In this document: positions 54,513-64,000 of the stretch, piece after piece
How the letters are laid out: every line of letters starts with the position of its first letter
Position numbering within the stretch: position 1 is the first letter of the stretch
Assembly (NCBI GenBank): GCA_963757385.1
Contig: CAVWRO010000006.1
Span: 498,173-562,172, forward strand
DNA: 64,000 nt
From: an uncultured Acidobacteriaceae bacterium
GTDB taxonomy: Bacteria; Acidobacteriota; Terriglobia; Terriglobales; Acidobacteriaceae
Direction of reading: 5' to 3'
Program-made: the position numbers and the translations under genes
The notes under the pieces: model-generated
What the model saw: only the letters and a program-made list of their open reading frames with translations
What the model was told of the DNA's origin: nothing
Databases searched by the model: none

Positions 54513-57107
54513 TTAGGCAGCCGTTTGCAACTCGTCCAACAAGTCCGCCCTAAGTTCTTTTTGCTGGTCCGAAGAGAGCTTTTTGCCGGCGGAGGTTAAG
54601 TAGAAAACGTCAATCGCCATTTGGCCTTCGGTGTCAATCAAGGCAATTTCTATGTTGCAGTGGTGATAGGAAAAACGGGAGCTGATTTTGTACAACAATC
54701 CCAAACGGTCCTGCGCGATTATCTGGACTAAGGTGCTGGTGGCAGAACTCTGATCGTCAAACTCGATGGCAGTATCCACTTTTATTTTTGGAGTGTTCTT
54801 CTCGGAACGGAGACGGTCTCTCAATAGCTTCTCCAGATCCGCTTCGCCCGCTACCACATCGCTGACGCTTCGCTGAAATCGCTCCCACTCCGGCATGTTC
54901 AATTCCAGCGTCCGGAAGCGGTCGGTAAAAAAGAATGTATCCACGACGATGCCGGCCTTGTTCGAAAACGCGTCGGCTTTTACGATATTCATTCCCCATG
55001 CCGCCAGGGTTCCGGCGATGGTTGCGAACAAGAAGGGACGATCGGTGGTCACCAAAGTCAGTTCGTACCAATGGCGTCCCCGCTTAAGATCGAGCTTGAC
55101 CTGTTGCTGCACCAATTGTTCCGACATTTCGAAGTGGTGCAGCACTTCTTCCGCGGGATACGTACGCAAATAACGTTTGGGGAGTCCTTCAAGAAACGCC
55201 TTTACGCTCTTACCTGCCACCGGAGCCAAGCTCTGCAATCGCGAGACGCTTTCATCATCTGAATCGGGATTGAGCCGCTGGTCGGCATGGCGGTTCAAGA
55301 AGTTTGAAGTGGCCATGTAGAGTTGCCAGACGTTCTCTGCCTTCCAGGGCGTCAGGGCTTCGGGATTCACCGCCTTGATATCGGCATAGGTGAGCAGGCA
55401 AAGCATTTTCAGGCGCTCGGGAGTGCCAACTTTTTCCGCGAATACACGGATGGTTTCGGGGTCAAAGATATCTCGACGCAAAGTTGCGGACATATCCAAA
55501 TGATTGCCGATCAAAAATAAGACGGTCTCACGGTCCTGTGAATCGAAGTCGAGCCTGCCCATGGAGTCTCTGGCGATCTCCATACTGGCCTGAACATGGC
55601 TTGCTCCGGGCACGCCCTTTCCCACATCGTGCAGCAGCAGAGTAAGGTAGAGCAATTCTGGGCGCTCGAGTTCCTGAAGAATCTTGCCGTACCGCTGGTC
55701 CCACTCTGACTGTGACTGGGCGGCCCGGTGCAGGCTCTCAATCGCGAGGAATGAATGTTCATCAACAGTGAACCGGTGGTAGAAATCCCGGACGACTAGG
55801 GAGTCAATCAGCTTCAATTCCGGCAACAGCAAAGTGAGCAATCGCAGCGAATGCATGGCGCGCAACGCGTCTGCCGCAAATGGCTCGATAAGGATGACCT
55901 GAAGATATCTCCACAGTTCGGCACCTTGCGGCGGAGTTGCAGCCATTGAAGGCAAAACCTGTTCAATGCGGTATTCCGTCGTAGTGCTGAGCTTCAGGCC
56001 GTGGTGCGCCATGAAGTCAAACATGCGCAGCAAAAGTTCTGGATCCTGAACGGCGGAGGGCTGCTGCAAATAAATCAAGCCATCCACTACGGAAAAATCG
56101 GCGTTTGAGACTCGCGAACGCCAGCTTTGAAAGTGTTTGTACAGCGAGGATCGCGCGGCGGGAATCTCTTCCAGCAACTGCATTGAGGCGCGATTGAGGG
56201 CGCGGGCATGGCGAAAATAAATTCGCATCCAATCCGCGGCACCCATCTCCTGGTCATCCGAGAAACCGATCTTGCGGGCGGCGGCTTCGTCCTGCGCTTC
56301 CCAGAGCAACAAGTTGTCGTCGCGGCCCTGGCGAAAATGAAGGAAGCAGCGCACCGCAATCAGAAACTCTAGCGCAGGCTCAAACTGCTTGCGCGCCGAA
56401 ACCGGTAACAGCGTTTTCGGATCAGGCCAGTCACGCAGCTTGTCCATGGATGAAATCAGCGCCAGCCACGAGGCTACGTTGTAGTCTCGCAGGCCGCCGG
56501 GAGTCTCTTTGACGTTGGGCTCGAGATGGAAAACCGTGCCACCGTATTTTCCGTGGCGAGATCGAGTAATTTCCGCCAAACGCTGCACAATAGGCTGCAT
56601 TTCCCGCATGATCAGCTTGGGGATAAGCTTGTCATGAAGCAGGGCGAACAATTCCTGATCCCCTGCCAGGTAACGGCAATCCAGGAGCGAGATCGTGAAC
56701 TCGACGTTCTCGGGATCAAATTGATCGCACTCCGCCATGGTGCGGGTAGCGGGGCTTAGTTTCATCCGCAGGTCCCATAGTTCCTGCGAAAATCGGCGAA
56801 TGCGATCTCGAAATTCTTCTTCGATGCGGCGATCAGCATGAAGAAAAAGAACGTCAACGTCGGAGTGAGGGAAGAGCCACCGCCGGCCAAATCCGCCGAC
56901 GGCAACGAGGGCAAGATTCTTAGGACCTGCCTCGTCCGGAGAAATTATTTCTTTCCAAAGCCTTAGCAGCACATGTTCGACGAGATTTGTGCGCTGCGCG
57001 ATTGCGGCGCGACCGTCGCCGCTCGCGGTGAACTCCTGGCGTATACGACCGGATTCTTCGGTGTAAAGATCCCGTAGTTCGCTGCTCAAGGACGATGCCG
57101 CGCTCAT
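54513..57107 (-). CDS. glnD: [Protein-PII] uridylyltransferase / uridylyl-removing enzyme.
   Basis: Nucleotidyltransferase region [22 protein letters not shown], an HD domain (LLHDVGKG) and two C-terminal ACT domains. I place the start at MSAASSLS (57107), preceded by GGAG. The listed ORF begins 34 codons earlier. Confidence 0.9.
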   Translation of the reverse strand: MSAASSLSSELRDLYTEESGRIRQEFTASGDGRAAIAQRTNLVEHVLLRLWKEIISPDEAGPKNLALVAVGGFGRRWLFPHSDVDVLFLHADRRIEEEFRDRIRRFSQELWDLRMKLSPATRTMAECDQFDPENVEFTISLLDCRYLAGDQELFALLHDKLIPKLIMREMQPIVQRLAEITRSRHGKYGGTVFHLEPNVKETPGGLRDYNVASWLALISSMDKLRDWPDPKTLLPVSARKQFEPALEFLIAVRCFLHFRQGRDDNLLLWEAQDEAAARKIGFSDDQEMGAADWMRIYFRHARALNRASMQLLEEIPAARSSLYKHFQSWRSRVSNADFSVVDGLIYLQQPSAVQDPELLLRMFDFMAHHGLKLSTTTEYRIEQVLPSMAATPPQGAELWRYLQVILIEPFAADALRAMHSLRLLTLLLPELKLIDSLVVRDFYHRFTVDEHSFLAIESLHRAAQSQSEWDQRYGKILQELERPELLYLTLLLHDVGKGVPGASHVQASMEIARDSMGRLDFDSQDRETVLFLIGNHLDMSATLRRDIFDPETIRVFAEKVGTPERLKMLCLLTYADIKAVNPEALTPWKAENVWQLYMATSNFLNRHADQRLNPDSDDESVSRLQSLAPVAGKSVKAFLEGLPKRYLRTYPAEEVLHHFEMSEQLVQQQVKLDLKRGRHWYELTLVTTDRPFLFATIAGTLAAWGMNIVKADAFSNKAGIVVDTFFFTDRFRTLELNMPEWERFQRSVSDVVAGEADLEKLLRDRLRSEKNTPKIKVDTAIEFDDQSSATSTLVQIIAQDRLGLLYKISSRFSYHHCNIEIALIDTEGQMAIDVFYLTSAGKKLSSDQQKELRADLLDELQTAA

Positions 57108-57348
57108 GGCCGTTGCTCCGGGATAGTTATGTCGCGAATTGGGTGTCCGACTCTTAAATCTTTCGATAGAGGAAACTTGACGCAAAGGCACAAGCGAACC
57201 AACAGCCAATCTATCTGCACGCAGCAGGACGCGGAAATCGAAACTATTTATAGGACGTATCAGGAATTGTTATTGGAAAGGTATGAATCTGTGCGGTAAA
57301 GGCGGATTTTGGCGGATAATCCGAGCGAAGAATCCACGAACCCGAATA

Positions 57349-57687
57349 TTACAGCGCGCCCTCGCCGCGTTGATCGTTGCGAATGCGGATCGCTTCGTCA
57401 ACGCGAGAGAGAAAAATCTTACCGTCGCCAATCTTGCCACTCTGCGCGGTGCTGATGATGGACTGAGTGACTTTGTCCACCATGTCGTCGGCGAGCACCA
57501 TTTCAATTTTGATTTTGGGAATTAAATCCACGGTGTATTCGCGCCCGCGATAGACCTCAGTATGTCCCTTCTGGCGTCCATGGCCGCGCACTTCGGTGAC
57601 AGTCATCCCTTCAACACCAATTTCGTGCAAAGCGTTCTTGACCGGTTCCAGCTTGGAAGTTTGGATGATTGCTTCGACCTTGGTCAT
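57349..57687 (-). CDS. glnB: Nitrogen regulatory protein P-II.
   Basis: 112 aa. The T-loop is GRQKGHTEVYRGREY and includes the uridylylation-site Tyr. The C terminus has TGKIGDGKIF-like sequence. Confidence 0.95.
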   Translation of the reverse strand: MTKVEAIIQTSKLEPVKNALHEIGVEGMTVTEVRGHGRQKGHTEVYRGREYTVDLIPKIKIEMVLADDMVDKVTQSIISTAQSGKIGDGKIFLSRVDEAIRIRNDQRGEGAL

Positions 57688-57715
57688 TCAGTTTGATCCT
57701 TCCTCACGGTGGACG

Positions 57716-58123
57716 CTAGTTGCGTCTTCCCGCAACTTCCAAGCGAACCTCCGCGGCTTTCAATTCTTCTTCGGCTCGGGTGAAGTCATCCTCACTCTTC
57801 CCATTTTTCAGATGCTCTTCGGCGCGCTGCTTTTGATTCTGGGCGCGGTTGACGTCAATATCTTCGGGACGTTCCGCGGCCTCAGCAAGAACTGTAACTT
57901 TGTCGGGAAGGACCTCGGCAAATCCCCACACAACGGCGTACCGGTGAGTCTGGCCGCCGTTGCGATAGCTGAGTTCGCCGGCGGAGAGTTCGGTGATTAG
58001 GGGTGCGTGCCCTGGCAAGATGCCCAGATAGCCGCCTTTGCCGGGGATCTGCATCTCCTCGGCATCATCGCGCACGATCATCTTTTCCGGCGTTACGATC
58101 TCGAGATGAAAAGTGTTTGGCAT
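57716..58123 (-). CDS. atpC: F1 ATP synthase epsilon subunit.
   Basis: 135 aa. LEIVTPEK, GILPGHAPLIT and its position after atpD. Confidence 0.92.
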   Translation of the reverse strand: MPNTFHLEIVTPEKMIVRDDAEEMQIPGKGGYLGILPGHAPLITELSAGELSYRNGGQTHRYAVVWGFAEVLPDKVTVLAEAAERPEDIDVNRAQNQKQRAEEHLKNGKSEDDFTRAEEELKAAEVRLEVAGRRN

Positions 58124-58130
58124 AAACAGC

Positions 58131-59732
<1,602 letters not shown>

Positions 59733-59736
59733 TTCC

Positions 59737-60780
59737 TCACGATGCTGCCGCCCCGCTCACAATCTCGATAATTTCTTTCGTGATCTTTGCCTGACGGGCC
59801 CGGTTCATTGCCAGCGTAAGCGAATCAATCATGTCGGTGGCGTTGTTGCTGGCCGCATCCATCGCGGTCATTCTGGCGGCATGTTCGGCCGCAACGGATT
59901 CCATCAGGCCGCGGAAAATTTCAATCTTCACGTACTTTGGCAGTAATGACCGGAACAGCTGTTCGCGAGGCTGCTCATAAATGTAATCCACCGGGGCGGT
60001 TGCGAATTTTTCGGCGGCGGCGTCAATATCCCGCGTGTCCTTGGGGCGAAGTCCTACACCGGTACCCTTGGCGGCTTCTATGGCGCGCTGCTTTTCTTCG
60101 AGCGACATGCCTTCGGCCTGGCTGATTTCTTCGATCCCCACCTGCTCGATGGGCAATATTTTTTGGACTACCAACCGCTGCGCGATCACCGATTTGAATT
60201 CGTTGTAAACGATATATACCGAGTCAACCAATTCATTGCTGTAACGGTCCACAACGCGATCCGCGATTTCAGAGACCATTGAATACTCAAGCTTGTTCAG
60301 CACACCGATGTGTTCGCCAATAAGCGCGATCCCGGCGCCTTCTTTAGAACCAGCGGTCCTCGGCTCTGCAACTGGATAGCGGCGCTTTAGAAAGTCACGG
60401 CCTTTACGTCCAATGGCTTCTATCTCGACGTTCTTATCTTTTTTGGAATCAAGGAACCGCATCGCGGCCTTCAAAATATTTGTGTTGAACGCGCCGGCTA
60501 ACCCCTTGTCGCCCGTCACGACAATGAAGAGAACGTTGTTTTCTGGACGCTGCGCCAGCAAGGGATGACGCAACTCTCCGGTCTGCGGGTCGTAGAGCTC
60601 CACACGCGAAACCAGAGATTTCAGGACATTCGTGAGCATTTGCGCATAGGGACGTGCCGCCAAAGCCCGCTCCTGCGCACGGCGCAACTTGGCGGCTGAC
60701 ACCATTTTCATAGCGCGAGTGATCTGCCGCGTGTTTATCACGCTGCGAATGCGGCGTCGAATATCGAGAATGTTAGCCAT
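59737..60780 (-). CDS. atpG: F1 ATP synthase gamma subunit (unusually long, 347 aa).
   Basis: N terminus IRRRIRSVINTRQITRAMKMVSAAKLRRAQ and C terminus RQAKITKEIIEIVSGAAA. Confidence 0.92.
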   Translation of the reverse strand: MANILDIRRRIRSVINTRQITRAMKMVSAAKLRRAQERALAARPYAQMLTNVLKSLVSRVELYDPQTGELRHPLLAQRPENNVLFIVVTGDKGLAGAFNTNILKAAMRFLDSKKDKNVEIEAIGRKGRDFLKRRYPVAEPRTAGSKEGAGIALIGEHIGVLNKLEYSMVSEIADRVVDRYSNELVDSVYIVYNEFKSVIAQRLVVQKILPIEQVGIEEISQAEGMSLEEKQRAIEAAKGTGVGLRPKDTRDIDAAAEKFATAPVDYIYEQPREQLFRSLLPKYVKIEIFRGLMESVAAEHAARMTAMDAASNNATDMIDSLTLAMNRARQAKITKEIIEIVSGAAAS

Positions 60781-60832
60781 TGAAAACCAGCTATCAGCCG
60801 TCAGTTCTGCAGTCTTCAGCTAAATCACAAAA

Positions 60833-62604
<1,772 letters not shown>

Positions 62605-62619
<15 letters not shown>

Positions 62620-63147
62620 GATTCTTTCCCGAATCTTCGTCAACTGGCCGTCCACCGACCCGTCATAGATTGTGCTTCCGATTCGCACAATGACACCGCC
62701 GATCAGAGATTCTTCGCGCGAGTACTGGGCCCGCACATTCTTGCCGGTTAACTTTGAGACTTGGGATTCGAGGATGATTCTCTCGGCTCCATCCAAATCT
62801 CTCGCGCTCGTGATCTCAGCTTCAACAAAACCCATGCGCTGGCTCAATTCCTGCTCGAATTGTTTCGCGATGTCTCCAAGAAAATTAATGCGGCGATGAT
62901 CAATCAGCACTGCCACGAAATTCCGCACTTCAACAGAAATTCCTTCGCGAGAAACGATCGCATCCAGCACGGCGCGTTTCTGGTCGGCGGTAATGGACGG
63001 AGTCTCCCAAACTTCCCGTAATTCCTTGCTGTTGCTCACCGACTCGCTCAACGATTGCACTTCCCGCAGAGTGCGCTGGGGATCGAGTTTGCGGTCGAAG
63101 ACTACATCGGCGAGAGCGCGGGCATAGGTATGTGTGACGGAAGCCAT
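62605..63147 (-). CDS. atpH: F1 ATP synthase delta (OSCP) subunit.
   Basis: 180 aa. YARALADV at the N terminus, IGGVIVRIGSTIYDGSV near the C terminus, and its position between atpF and atpA. Confidence 0.88.
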
Positions 63148-63150
63148 GGC

Positions 63151-63753
63151 TCAGTTTTGTCCCCGTCCCGGTCCGGCTTCTGGATCGGAAAGATGCTGCG
63201 CGAAGCCGCGTATCAAATCCTGGTCAGTCTGGGCGTCCACATGAATCTGCTTGCGCGCGAGCGAAACCGCCAAGTCTGCCGCGTATGCCGTAAGGTCGCG
63301 ACGGGCTGTCCTGGCCGCGGCGGCGATTTCCTGTTCCGCCGACTGCACGATTCTTCTGGCGTCATCGACTGCGGCCGCTTTGATCCGTGCTTCTTCGTCC
63401 GCGGCTTCCTTCTCTCCGGCGCTTCGCATTTCCTGAATTTCGGTCCCTAAGCGTGAGAGGCGGGTTTCAATATCCGCTAGACGGTGGTTGGCTTCTTCAC
63501 TGGTTTTGCGGGCCTCAGCCATCGCGTGCTGAATGGAAGCAGTGCGGTTCTGGAACATCGCTGGCAAGTGTTTCCTGGACGCCCAAATGATCGCGCCCGC
63601 GATCACCGCGAAATTAATTAGGGTTCCCAACCATGTTGCTTGTTCCAATGAGAGACGCGTGCGGTCAGCAATTTTTTGGGCATCACCTATCCAAAGCAAC
63701 AGGCCGAACACAGCTGCTACGAGCGTAATTTGAAGTGTCGTTCGGCTTCGCAT
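63151..63753 (-). CDS. atpF: Fo ATP synthase subunit b.
   Basis: An N-terminal TM segment followed by a long Ala/Glu/Arg-rich helix (EARKTSEEANHRLADIETRL...). Assigned partly by position. Confidence 0.8.
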   Translation of the reverse strand: MRSRTTLQITLVAAVFGLLLWIGDAQKIADRTRLSLEQATWLGTLINFAVIAGAIIWASRKHLPAMFQNRTASIQHAMAEARKTSEEANHRLADIETRLSRLGTEIQEMRSAGEKEAADEEARIKAAAVDDARRIVQSAEQEIAAAARTARRDLTAYAADLAVSLARKQIHVDAQTDQDLIRGFAQHLSDPEAGPGRGQN

Positions 63754-64000
63754 TATCGGGCACCTGCGGGAGCTTCAGGATTCGCCGAATGCAGGATGGC
63801 GCGAATAATCTCTATAGCTAGCCTTCCGCTCTCAGACTGCAAGGTCTCCTGCGCAGCGATTTTATCTTTCTCTATTGCGGAGCGCGCTTCATATATTTGC
63901 GCCTGGGCTTTGGTTTGAGTCTCGGCGACGATTGTCGCTCGCGCTTGGGCGGCCTGTTGGCGACGGCCTTCCTGAGCCCTGAAGATTGCCATTCGTGCGT
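63753..64000 (-). CDS. Fo ATP synthase subunit b' (second b-type subunit). The 5' end lies beyond the window.
   Basis: The charged helical C-terminal sequence (QARATIVAETQTKAQAQIYEARSAIEKDKIAAQETL) is typical of b subunits. Its stop overlaps the atpF start, and the frame stays open to the window edge. Confidence 0.6.
   Translation of the reverse strand, partial: ARMAIFRAQEGRRQQAAQARATIVAETQTKAQAQIYEARSAIEKDKIAAQETLQSESGRLAIEIIRAILHSANPEAPAGAR

Overview
The window is a 64 kb bacterial chromosomal segment of fairly high GC. It is probably from an Acidobacteriota-type soil organism. That placement is an inference from gene content, for example a VWFA-related secreted protein of the acidobacterial type, and I ran no search. 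I support about 50 protein-coding genes, one initiator tRNA-fMet, one complete insertion sequence, two gene relics and two dispersed or tandem repeat families.

Housekeeping blocks:
- gdhA, ppc and aspS.
- A pilB-pilT-pilC-pilS-pilR type IV pilus block.
- An ABC-F ATPase.
- glnB-glnD placed directly behind an F1Fo ATP synthase operon (atpF'-F-H-A-G-D-C), which runs off the right edge.

The best candidate for an uncharacterised system lies at 19.8-30.2 kb. It is an 11-gene, translationally coupled minus-strand operon with this order: two RDD paralogs, three zinc-finger or membrane proteins, DUF4129-like, DUF4350-like, MoxR AAA+, DUF58, SpoIIM-like, RDD. A tRNA-fMet with a truncated integrase relic sits on one side. 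An IS1202/ISNCY-like IS with a 17 bp target duplication sits 78 bp upstream of the first gene on the other side.

Other structure seen by eye:
- A decayed second copy of the 3' end of a ferredoxin-NADP reductase-like gene, so that two copies bracket a cation/proton antiporter gene.
- A MITE-like hairpin repeat family at six or more intergenic sites.
- Heptamer tandem repeats, arranged as inverted blocks, in three of the four atp intergenic spacers examined, with a degenerate trace in the fourth.
- A long insertion in AtpG and a C-terminal tail on AtpA.

All family names come from motif recognition in the supplied translations. No database or HMM search was run.
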